A stretch of 64,000 nt of DNA from IMG/VR virus record IMGVR_UViG_2711768134_000006. The stretch is one strand, 5' to 3'. Position numbers and translations under genes: made by a program. Positions 1 through 9,900 of the stretch are shown piece by piece. This DNA comes from an uncultured virus (IMG/VR IMGVR_UViG_2711768134_000006). Taxonomy: Duplodnaviria; Heunggongvirae; Uroviricota; Caudoviricetes. The stretch's first letter is position 1, and each line of letters starts with the position of its first letter. The notes below the pieces were generated by a model. The model was not told the origin of the DNA and did not search any database. It saw nothing but the letters and a program-made list of their open reading frames with translations.

Positions 1-135
1 CCCGCCAGTCTGGTGATTCTTTAGTTTTCTAATAGATGCTTTCAAGTTTAAGATTGCATCTATTAGCTTTGTCAAATGATTGATTATTCTTGTAATCATA
101 ATTATCATTATTAAAAACAAAACTAAGTACTCCAT
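1..135 (-). CDS. Putative type I toxin, small hydrophobic peptide, truncated by the window edge (MEYLVLFLIMIIMITRIINHLTKLIDAILNLKASIRKLKNHQTGG...)
   Basis: Hand-translated. ATG at 135 with RBS AAAGGGGGTGAG; extended -10 TGGTATAAT at 214-222 (- strand); CCCC/GGGG hairpin covers the RBS; hydrophobic N-terminus and basic tail; same layout as the modules at 747 and 21035. Confidence 0.6.
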   Translation of the reverse strand, partial: MEYLVLFLIMIIMITRIINHLTKLIDAILNLKASIRKLKNHQTGG

Positions 136-254
136 AGTCTCACCCCCTTTCTTACTGGGGATTTTAACTAAAGAGCCATCACCCTAATAGTCTAAACTGT
201 AGTCTCTAAAAATATTATACCATAATTTTCCAATATGTTAAATTTAATATTATA

Positions 255-360
255 TTGACGACAGGAGTAGAATAAAGATATAATACAGATAACAGAAAAT
301 TTAAAAATTTTACATAAGAATTACTACTTATCTATGCCACCTTAAAAAGTGGCTATTTTT
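255..360 (+). ncRNA. Putative ~70-nt small RNA or leader with sigmaA promoter and terminator
   Basis: TTGACG (255-260), 18-bp spacer, TATAAT (279-284); hairpin GCCAC/GTGGC (336-353) plus T-tract; no ORF between promoter and terminator. Confidence 0.4.
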
Positions 361-393
361 CTATTCTGGTATATATTTAAGGAGGTGTTACAA

Positions 394-549
394 ATGATAA
401 ATAATATAGAAGATTGTAAGCTTCTTATTGAGGCAGAAATAAGAATGAAAGATATAGATGAAAAAGAACTAATATCTCAAAGGGAGATTCTGAAAGACCT
501 AAATATTAATGAAAAAGACCTTGAAGATATTGAAGTGAATTTTGAATAA
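394..549 (+). CDS. Small acidic hypothetical protein (51 aa)
   Basis: AAGGAGGTG RBS before ATG at 394; the ORF-track GTG at 349 lies inside a terminator stem. Confidence 0.6.
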   Translation: MINNIEDCKLLIEAEIRMKDIDEKELISQREILKDLNINEKDLEDIEVNFE

Positions 550-683
550 TGAAATGATTTATAATATACCTATTTTAAATATGTATTAGTTGATATCAGT
601 AATCGTCTTTATCTAGTGATTTTTTATTTATTAACTGTAAACGAATCTGTTTTACAAAAAACGTATCTGTGGTATAATAAAAG

Positions 684-790
684 TAAGGAATTTAATCTAC
701 TTAATACAAAGAGTGATTGTTTCCTTAAAGTTAATTAAAAATTAATTTATCTTTTGAAACCACTCTTATTGGCGTCTGAGTGGTTTTTTG
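684..790 (+). ncRNA. Antisense antitoxin RNA of type I TA module 2
   Basis: TTTACA (651-656) and TGGTATAAT (670-678); terminator AAACCACTC/GAGTGGTTT (757-786) plus T-tract; convergent overlap with the toxin 3' end. Confidence 0.75.
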
Positions 791-863
791 CTTTATCATA
801 TATGTAACAAGCTATTAAACTTGTTGCAATATTTAGGCAAATATTAAACACTACTGTTTCCAT
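747..863 (-). CDS. Type I toxin, 38 aa (METVVFNICLNIATSLIACYIYDKAKNHSDANKSGFKR)
   Basis: Hand-translated. AAGGAGGTGA RBS; TGGTATAAT at 982-990; TM helix plus basic YDK..NH...KSG tail like C. difficile prophage type I toxins. Confidence 0.8.
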   Translation of the reverse strand: METVVFNICLNIATSLIACYIYDKAKNHSDANKSGFKR

Positions 864-1016
864 AAATTCACCTCCTTATAAAAAAATAAAGCGAGGCTCA
901 CCTCCTTCCTTTGAAGAAGTAGGCTAAATACAGAAACAACCACTCTTAGCACTTTCGATTTAAAATTCCTTACTATACTAGATTATACCATAATTTTACA
1001 ATTAATAAAATATTTT

Positions 1017-1041
1017 AGCTCATCTTAATTGATGGGCTTTT
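1017..1041. terminator. Intrinsic terminator
   Basis: AGCTCATC/GATGGGCT stem plus TTT. Confidence 0.5.
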
Positions 1042-1065
1042 CTAATACAAAGAAGGTGATAAAAT

Positions 1066-2781
1066 ATGCATTTTAATGTGAATCTTAAACAGATAAAATC
1101 TGATTACACATTAACCATTCACAAGATGAACAAATCATTTTTAGGTCAAATTCCAATCAACTTTTTAAACTCGATAAAGCGGGAGCTTGGTGGAGTAGAT
1201 GAAATACAACTGACCATTCCAAAATATATTACAGATAGATTTTTATTTAATAAAATAATAAATCCCATTTTTGAAGAAGTAAAAGAAGAACGTCTTATTT
1301 GTCTTAATAATAAAGAGTACTTTGTAATTAAGAATGTTGTAACAACAGATGATAAGTTAAAAGTAGTAACAGCTAAATCTAAAGAAGTTAAACTAGGAAA
1401 AATTGATGTGAATATTGAGGACTATGGATTACAGATGTTTACCAAAGATGAAGAAGCATCTATTATATCTCTTAATGATTATTTAAAACAAGAGACAGGC
1501 TGGAAACTTGGTTATGTGGATGATTCAATTGCTTATGAAACTGATAGTGAAGGTAATAAGAGAGAAAAGGTAAGATGGCAAGAAAGTATTAATTCTAACT
1601 GGTTAGACTATTTTAATAATGAACTAAAAGAACAATTTGAATGTATAGCTGATTTTGATACTTATAATAATTTAGTTAATTTGTATCATATAGATAGTTT
1701 TGGAGATAACATTCAGTTATATTTATCTCATGATAACTACATAAAATCACTTGAAAGAACTACAAATAGTGATGATATAGTAACTAGACTGAAGCTTGAA
1801 GGTAGTGAAGATATGAATGTAATAGGAGCTACAGTTACAGGATATGATTACATTGAGAACTATTCTTATTTCTTAGACAATAAAGAAATGAGTGAAGAAC
1901 TTAGTAGAGCTATAAAGAAATACCAAGAAATGAATGAAATAAGAGAGCCAATTTGGAGAGAACTAATAGATACAAAGCTTAAGAAGCAAAGAGAACGTGA
2001 TAGTAAAAGCAACGAATGGCAAATGGTAATAGAGATGATAAGTAAGAAAAAAGATATAAAAAAGACATATGATAATCCACAGCATAAAGATGAAATAAAT
2101 TCAGCTAAAATAGCAGTAGAGATAAGTGAACTAGAAGATAAAAAAGTCATATTGGATGTTCAAATAAAACATTTAGAAGAAGAAATAGCTAAGTTAAATG
2201 AAAGTATAAAAGATATAAATATTCTTTGTAAGAGGGAGACTTCAACTGATGAGGATGGATATCTAATATTTAATGAGGTTCTATTAGATGAATTAAATGA
2301 GTTCCTCTACTATGACACTTATACAAATGATGCTTTTTTAAAAGTTGAAGATTTAATAGCAGAAGGTAAAAGGCAATTAAGTTTGAAATGTATTCCAACA
2401 CGAGAATGGACTCTGGATGTTATAAACTTCTTAGATAGAATTATAGATATTAATTTTAGACAGCATTGGAAGGGTGATTTGAGCTTAGGAGATATTATAG
2501 TGTTACATAGCAAAGAATCTAAAGAAGAAGAATTAGTATATTTTACATCTTTTACCCAGAATTTAAAAAACGGGAAGTTAGATACTTTAGAATTAACTTT
2601 AAGTAATAAAAAAATAAAAGAAGATGACAAAAGAACTATAGCTGATTATTTGACTAAAGCTGAACACGCAACAAGAACATTGAACTCTAAAAGACATTTA
2701 TTTATTCAGCAACAGAAGAAAAGAATTAACCTACCAGATGAATATATTCCTAAGAAAAATATACAAAAGGAGTTGATGTAG
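1066..2781 (+). CDS. Phage tail spike / tail-tip (prophage endopeptidase-tail-like) protein
   Basis: Motifs DNYIKSLERT..DIVTRL, YIENYSYF and LGDIIVL; central coiled coil; first gene of the tail cluster here. Confidence 0.65.
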   Translation: MHFNVNLKQIKSDYTLTIHKMNKSFLGQIPINFLNSIKRELGGVDEIQLTIPKYITDRFLFNKIINPIFEEVKEERLICLNNKEYFVIKNVVTTDDKLKVVTAKSKEVKLGKIDVNIEDYGLQMFTKDEEASIISLNDYLKQETGWKLGYVDDSIAYETDSEGNKREKVRWQESINSNWLDYFNNELKEQFECIADFDTYNNLVNLYHIDSFGDNIQLYLSHDNYIKSLERTTNSDDIVTRLKLEGSEDMNVIGATVTGYDYIENYSYFLDNKEMSEELSRAIKKYQEMNEIREPIWRELIDTKLKKQRERDSKSNEWQMVIEMISKKKDIKKTYDNPQHKDEINSAKIAVEISELEDKKVILDVQIKHLEEEIAKLNESIKDINILCKRETSTDEDGYLIFNEVLLDELNEFLYYDTYTNDAFLKVEDLIAEGKRQLSLKCIPTREWTLDVINFLDRIIDINFRQHWKGDLSLGDIIVLHSKESKEEELVYFTSFTQNLKNGKLDTLELTLSNKKIKEDDKRTIADYLTKAEHATRTLNSKRHLFIQQQKKRINLPDEYIPKKNIQKELM

Positions 2782-2782
2782 A

Positions 2783-4711
2783 TTGATATTAGATAATTCA
2801 CCAGCGGATAGCTGGATAAGAATTACTGGAGTAATTGTTACTTACAATAACACACTTTATCAAGTAGTAGATAAAGAGACAAATAAAAAATATATATACT
2901 GGGATGCTGATAATCCAGGGACATTGAAAGTTTCTAATGTAAGATTACCAGAAGGAAATACACAATTTTTAGTAGTTGTAAATGATAATGGAAAGCATAC
3001 AGAAGTTCCTACAAACTCATCAATATTCAATATATCTTTTGATGGTAATTCAAGAAAAAATACTGAAGAACAAATCTGGGGATTGTATGAAACAGATGAA
3101 AAACACAATGAAAAGTTTGTAGTTATTGAAAAAGATATTGATGGAATACATCAAACAGTTTTAGAGGTACAAGAAGATGCATCTCATATAAAAGAAAATA
3201 TGTCTCTTATAGACCAGAGAGCTGAAAATGTAAATATATTAGTAAAAGAAGTAACTAAAAATTTTGGTGGTTCACAAGAAAATATAACATTAAGAGAAAA
3301 CATAAATAAGGCTATAATTAAGTTAAATACAGACTTAGGAACATTTAGCTCTAATATGTCTAATTATTTTAACGATAATGAGATTACAGATGAAGAAAAA
3401 GAAAAGATTGATATTGAACTTAATTTATTAGATACAGACAAAGCAAGTTTATATACAGAGCTACAAAAACTTATTGATAGAACTACTGGAGTAGACTTAG
3501 TAGCAATAAACACTTCAAAAACAGCATTGGATGCAGCAAGTACCAATCTAAACTCTATAATTGATTCAGTTATTTCAGATAGTATAATTACACCTTCAGA
3601 CAGAATTTTAGCTATAAATGCAAATGCTCAATATAACTTAAAGATAAATGAACTTAAAAATACAGTGGATAGAATTTATATAACAGGTATGGGTGGAAGT
3701 ATATCAGAGGAATTTTCACAGATAAATGCTACAGCTAAAGAAATAAAATTAGAAGTAGCAAAAGTTGATGGTGCAACTAAAACAAATGCTGCTGAAATTA
3801 AATTAACTAAAGACGATATAACAATGATGGTTACAAGGAATAATTCTGGCTCAATTGTAGGAATTAAACCTGATAAAATTGAATTTGGATTCAATGATAT
3901 ATCAAATTATGTAGAGATAAGCAGGAGTGGTCTAACAGTAAATCAAGGAGCTATAGCATGTGATATATTAACTACTCCATCTGGTCATGAACCAATAATC
4001 AGATTATTTGGAAGTAGTAGGTCTGGATTTGCAATAGATGCAAGAAGGTCTGATGGTTCTAGTCAAGCCTCAGCAATAAGATTAAAATATGATAGCAATA
4101 ATTATTTTTGGGTAGGATATGATACTGCTGAGATTTATGTTGATGGAGAAGAACACTTTATTGTTGAAAGAGATGATACTTTTGTAAGATGTGGAGGAGC
4201 TACATTTACATTTACAAATGGAGATAGTTTAGGTATAGGATATTCATTTTATCCAGAGCGTTCATCAACTGATTTAGGTTGTGATGATTATAAATGGAGG
4301 TATTTATATTCACGTTCTACTCTAAGTGAATCTGACAAAAAGTTTAAAGAGAATATAGTATACATAAAAGATATTAAGAATAGAACTCGTTCAAGTATAA
4401 CGCCAACACCATTTTTAGATTTTATAAAAGATGAATTTAAACCAGCAACATTTGATTATATTGTATCAGCAGAAAAAGATAGAACAATTGCAGACAGTCA
4501 AATAGGGTTTATAGCTAATGATTTTAAAGATAGTTATGTTGGAAAAACATTTCTATATGATTATGGAGAAGAAAATGGATTAATGTTTAGCCCATCTGGT
4601 TATACAACTGTTGTAGCAACTGCACTTCAAGAGGAAATACAAAAAAGAGAAGAATTGGAAATGATAGTTAGTGAATTAAATGAGAAAATTAATAATTTAG
4701 GAGGATATTAA
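2783..4711 (+). CDS. Tail fibre/spike protein with C-terminal intramolecular chaperone (Peptidase S74-like)
   Basis: Coiled coil, then beta-rich region, then S-D-KKFKENI cleavage motif, QIGFIA and a terminal coiled coil. Confidence 0.75.
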   Translation: MILDNSPADSWIRITGVIVTYNNTLYQVVDKETNKKYIYWDADNPGTLKVSNVRLPEGNTQFLVVVNDNGKHTEVPTNSSIFNISFDGNSRKNTEEQIWGLYETDEKHNEKFVVIEKDIDGIHQTVLEVQEDASHIKENMSLIDQRAENVNILVKEVTKNFGGSQENITLRENINKAIIKLNTDLGTFSSNMSNYFNDNEITDEEKEKIDIELNLLDTDKASLYTELQKLIDRTTGVDLVAINTSKTALDAASTNLNSIIDSVISDSIITPSDRILAINANAQYNLKINELKNTVDRIYITGMGGSISEEFSQINATAKEIKLEVAKVDGATKTNAAEIKLTKDDITMMVTRNNSGSIVGIKPDKIEFGFNDISNYVEISRSGLTVNQGAIACDILTTPSGHEPIIRLFGSSRSGFAIDARRSDGSSQASAIRLKYDSNNYFWVGYDTAEIYVDGEEHFIVERDDTFVRCGGATFTFTNGDSLGIGYSFYPERSSTDLGCDDYKWRYLYSRSTLSESDKKFKENIVYIKDIKNRTRSSITPTPFLDFIKDEFKPATFDYIVSAEKDRTIADSQIGFIANDFKDSYVGKTFLYDYGEENGLMFSPSGYTTVVATALQEEIQKREELEMIVSELNEKINNLGGY

Positions 4712-4712
4712 T

Positions 4713-4868
4713 ATGGAAGTAAATTTACAAAAAGCATATACAGTAGCATTTGAAGAGATAAAAAGTTTATATAATGAACTAATACTTTATAAAGCACTTA
4801 ACATGCAACAACAAGAAGAAATTGAGAACTTGAAAAAAGAACTAGAAGAACAAAATAAAGAACAATAG
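4713..4868 (+). CDS. Small coiled-coil protein (51 aa, MEVNLQKAYTVAFEE...)
   Basis: Hand-translated; AGGAGG RBS; fills the gap between two tail genes. Confidence 0.7.
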   Translation: MEVNLQKAYTVAFEEIKSLYNELILYKALNMQQQEEIENLKKELEEQNKEQ

Positions 4869-4879
4869 GATGTGATACT

Positions 4880-6955
4880 TTGAAAAATTATGAAATAAAG
4901 AATCATACCATAGAAGTAGATTTTAGTAATTATAGAATAAATAAAAGGTTACTAGACTATTTTATTTATAATGAAAATGATGTTAAAACAGCTTATATTG
5001 AAGCAATATTGAAAAATAAAGATGAAATAATAGATTTATCTGAATATGATAGAGTTTTAGTTAGCATTACAAAAAGTGATGGACAAAAGGTTAATGGTGA
5101 ATGTGAAGTTGTAGATGCAGAAAATGGTGTTGTAGAGATAGAACTTAGTCGACAAGCACTTGCAAGTGTTGGTATAAATACATTTCAACTATCCCTTGTG
5201 AAAGAGGGAACTCTACTTAATACTACAAATCTTTATTATAGAGTTGAAGAGGGTATGATTAATGATGATGATATCACCTCAACTGATGAATATGGAGTAT
5301 TATTGGTAATAATAGCCCAAGCAGAAGAGATTATAAAAAACAATAAAGAGTTAACTAAAAGAGTTGAACAACTTGAAATAACTATCTTAGGAAATGAAGA
5401 AGTTAGGGATAAAGCAGAGCAGATTAGGATTTATAATGAAGATATAAGAAACATACAAGAAGAAGAAAGAGAGTTTAATGAGTTAACACGTCAAAACCAA
5501 GAAGCAAATCGTGAAGAATCCATTCAGAATATGCAAATCCAAGTTGATGATAAACTTACTGATTGTCAACTCCAATTAGATGAAATGATAGATGCCAAGT
5601 CTGAAGAAATAGACAATATTGTTGATGATAAAATGCTTGATGTCCAAGCTCAAACAGATAAGAAATTTCAGGACTTAGATACTAGAGCTAATAATATTTT
5701 TGATTTATATGATAAGACATTTGAAGATAAGCTTACAGACAACCAAGAACAAATTGATTATAAACTTGATGAAGTAAATCAGGCTATATCTAATGTAGAA
5801 GATTGTATTGATAAAAGTACTACAAAATTAGATACAAAGATAAAAGAAATAGATGACAAAATAGTTGAAGTAAATACTGCTAAGACAGATATGACAACAA
5901 CTGTATCTAACAAAATAACTGAATTTGAAAATAGATTTAGTGAATTAGAAAGTCTTGATGCTAGAGGCGAGTTAATACAAGCTAGAGAAACTATTGATGG
6001 AAATGTAAAGGACACTTTAAAGGATAGATTAACATATGATTTTGAGAAAGTTAATGAGAAAATTGCTGAGATGACTTCTGCTGCAACTAATGTAGCTTTT
6101 AGTAAATCTTATGTTGAATCGGATTGGGTTGCTGATGGAGAATATTTTAAACTTATAGTTAATCATAATTTAGTTACAGAAAATATATTTGTAGCAATAT
6201 TAGATGAAGCAACTAAGAAAAGTATGACTAATTCTTATACTATAGTAGATTCTAATACGATAGAAATATTTAATGAAAGTAACATAAATGTAAGAGTAAC
6301 TGTTGTAAATGGTAATACAAACAAAGAAGTTATACAAGCTACAATAAATGATAACATAACAACACTAGATAGTACTTATTCTAGTGTTAAAATTGATGCA
6401 AAAATTGATGAGAGTCTAATTAAGATAAATGAAAATAAAAGTAATATAGCTACTAACTTAGAGAAGATAAATCTAATACAAAATAAAGTTGGTTCAAGTG
6501 AATTAAGTACAATATCTAAAAATATATCAGATGCAGTAAATGAATTAGATGCTAGTGTAAAAATTCTTGAGGCTGGTGGAAACTTAGGTCAACAATTAGA
6601 CAGTTTAAAAGCCAAGTATGACGCACTTTCTAATAAAGTCTTAGATATAGCAGTTTATTTGGAATTGGAATCTGGCTTACTTCCAGATGAAGTAGGACAC
6701 TGGTTTGATGGTTTGTCTGATGATAAAGCGATATTATCTATTGATGGAGATTTAAAACTAGATACAGAAAATAGGAAAATACAAGGTGCTACTGGTAGTG
6801 TTACATTCAATAGAATAACAATTCCTTTTGAATGTAAAAAATTAAGATATATACATGAACTAAATGATAATTATATAGAAACTGTATCTGATAAGAATAT
6901 ATCTATTGGTACAACTATAATAGATTTAGACAAATATTCTTACGAAATTAAATAA
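4880..6955 (+). CDS. BppU-like baseplate upper protein with long coiled coil
   Basis: N-terminal ITKSDGQKV..DAENGVVEIEL (BppU N-terminal style); TYSSVKID fibre motif. Confidence 0.7.
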   Translation: MKNYEIKNHTIEVDFSNYRINKRLLDYFIYNENDVKTAYIEAILKNKDEIIDLSEYDRVLVSITKSDGQKVNGECEVVDAENGVVEIELSRQALASVGINTFQLSLVKEGTLLNTTNLYYRVEEGMINDDDITSTDEYGVLLVIIAQAEEIIKNNKELTKRVEQLEITILGNEEVRDKAEQIRIYNEDIRNIQEEEREFNELTRQNQEANREESIQNMQIQVDDKLTDCQLQLDEMIDAKSEEIDNIVDDKMLDVQAQTDKKFQDLDTRANNIFDLYDKTFEDKLTDNQEQIDYKLDEVNQAISNVEDCIDKSTTKLDTKIKEIDDKIVEVNTAKTDMTTTVSNKITEFENRFSELESLDARGELIQARETIDGNVKDTLKDRLTYDFEKVNEKIAEMTSAATNVAFSKSYVESDWVADGEYFKLIVNHNLVTENIFVAILDEATKKSMTNSYTIVDSNTIEIFNESNINVRVTVVNGNTNKEVIQATINDNITTLDSTYSSVKIDAKIDESLIKINENKSNIATNLEKINLIQNKVGSSELSTISKNISDAVNELDASVKILEAGGNLGQQLDSLKAKYDALSNKVLDIAVYLELESGLLPDEVGHWFDGLSDDKAILSIDGDLKLDTENRKIQGATGSVTFNRITIPFECKKLRYIHELNDNYIETVSDKNISIGTTIIDLDKYSYEIK

Positions 6956-6971
6956 ATAGAGGTGGAAAAAC

Positions 6972-9900
6972 TTGAAAGAAAATAAATTAATACAGCGTGG
7001 AAGATATTTTGATACTATTTATGAGATTGAGGATTTTGAACCAGAATTTGATAAATATGATTTTGTTAAAATGTTTACTTCAAAATATATAGACTGTACA
7101 TATGGTTTGAAATCTGATGAAACATTGTGGGTAACAGGAAATAATCAAGTGGTTGGAAAATATAGTCCAAGAAATAATAACATTTCACGTAGAGTAGATA
7201 CATTTACAAAAATTGATGGGGTATCCAATATAAAAGATATTGCAATAGGAAGTGAGCATACTGTAATTTTAAAAAAAGATGGAACTTTATTAGGTGTTGG
7301 TCAAAATTCAAATGGAGCATTAGGGCTTGGGGGAGATATTACAGTAGCAACAACTTTTACTAAACTACCTATAGAAGATGTTGTGAAAGTTGTTGTTGGA
7401 AGTGGACTTACTATAGCATTAAAATCTAATGGAGAGTTGTATTTTACTGGTTATAATGGTAGTCAACAATTTGATAACTTAGAGAATACAAATACTTTTA
7501 TTAAATTATCAATAACAGATGTAAAGGATATAGATTGTGGTGATGGTTTTACTTTTATATTAAAAACTAATGGGGAATTATATTCATGTGGTAGTAATTC
7601 ATATGGACAATTAGGACTAGGAGACAATACTAATAGAAATACTTTTACTAAAGTTAATATAGATAATGTAAAAGAAATATCTTGTGGTAGATACAATTCA
7701 TTTATAATAAAAAATGATGATTCTTTATATGGATGTGGATACAATACAGAAGGTCAATTAGGATTAGGTGATATTACCAATAGAAATGTATTTACCAACA
7801 TGGCTCTTAATGTAAAAAAAGTTGTATATGGAATAAATTCTACTATAATTCTAAAAAATGATGATTCTTTATATGGATGTGGACGAAATACATATGGACA
7901 ATTAGGTTTGAGAAATGTTCCTAATCCTAAAACATTCATTAAAATTGGTATAAATAATATAAAGGACATATATTGCGGAAATAATCATACGATTATGATA
8001 AGAAATGATAATAAACTTTTATTCTGTGGAACTAATAGAGAATCACAAATAGGCAATCCAAATAATATAAATTATCCTGTAGACGTATTTACAGAATATA
8101 AAAGTGCTGAGGTGTTGGGATATAATAAATCTGTTACCATGAACAATAAAAACTATCTTATAAAAGAAAATGGGGATTATATTTGTTATGGAAACATAAA
8201 AAAAATTGTATCTGTTGAAGGTTCGACTTATGCATTACTAGAAAATGGTGAACTATGGGTATCTGGGAATAATACAGATGGACAATTAGGATTAAATCAT
8301 AAAGTAACTCAAAATTATTTTACTAGAGTTCCAATAGATAATATAAGAGATGTTGTTTGTGGTGCTTACTATGCTTTTATAATAAAAAACGATGATACTG
8401 TATGGGTGACTGGACTTAATAATTCTGGGCAATTAGGAACTGGCAATACTTCTCAACTACAAAAATTTACAAAAATCTCCATAGATAATGTAAAAAAAAT
8501 TGCATGTGGTCGTTCTCATGTTTTAATATTAAAAAATGATAATAGTATATGGGGTGCAGGAGCAGGTTATTATTTAGGAATAGGTACTACTAGTAGTACA
8601 GGTATAACATCCTTTACAAAAGTTCCTATAGATGATGTAAGAGATATAGCATGTGGATATGAATGCTCTATAATATTAAAAAATGATAATAGTATATGGG
8701 GTGCAGGAGCAAATCATAGTGGTCAATTAGGGAAAACCTCAAATAATAGTGTGGAAAAATATTTTATAGAATTATCTATAAATAAAGCAGTAAAGGTGAA
8801 AGAAATATATTGTGGGATTTATCATACATTAATATTGAAAACTAATGGAGAATTATATGGATGTGGTAGTAATACACAAGGACAATTAGGAAGAAGGATT
8901 TCTACAGACAAATTAGAACAATTTACTTTAATAGAAACTGATACCACTCATATATGTAACAATCATTGCGAATCATATAATACACTTATAATAGATTCTA
9001 TCGGAAGGTTAAAAGCTACTGGTCAAAATAATTATAATCAATTAGGTTTAGAAAATAATAAAACTACACTAATAGAAAGTTTTACTCCTACAAATATTGT
9101 AATCGGACAAGGTAATAATAGATATATTGCTGGTGGTAGTGATTGTACATTTTTAGTAAAAACTGATGGTAAAGTGTATGGTATAGGAAATAGACTTAAT
9201 GGAAGGTTTGGTACAGGTTCAGATAGTGTAGCAGCATCTACATTTACAAGAATTGGTTTTGAATTTAATAGTACAGAAATAGACTATAATAATGATTTTA
9301 GGATAGCAACTACTAATGTAAATGATTATATGAGTGTCTTTTTAAAAAAAAGTAATGGAGAATTATATGGTGTGGGGAATAACACATATGGTCAATTAGG
9401 TATCGGAAACAATTCTACATGTCATTACTTTTATCCAATAAATATAAAAAATATAAAAGATGTGATATGTGGATTAAATTATACCTTAATATTAAAAAAA
9501 GATGGAGAGTTATTAGTTACAGGTAATACTTCAAGTCAAAAAGCATTAGACACCAAAACCTTGTTAACTAGTGAACCGTATAGATTTAATCAAGTGAGTA
9601 CTATAAGTAATGTAGAAAAGGTTGTATGTGGTTCACTAATTGTTTTTGCGTTACTTGGTGATGGAAGATTATATAGTACAGGAACTAATACATATGGTCA
9701 ATTAGGATTAGGTGATATTGCCAATAGAGATAGTTTTGCAAGGGTCAATATAAATAATGTAAAAGAAATTGCGTGTGGGATAAGTCATACATTAATATTA
9801 ACAAGTAATGGAGAATTATATGCCACAGGGAGAAATGATGAAGGTCAATTAGGACTAGGAGACAATACTAATAGAAATACTTTTACTAAAGTTAATATAA

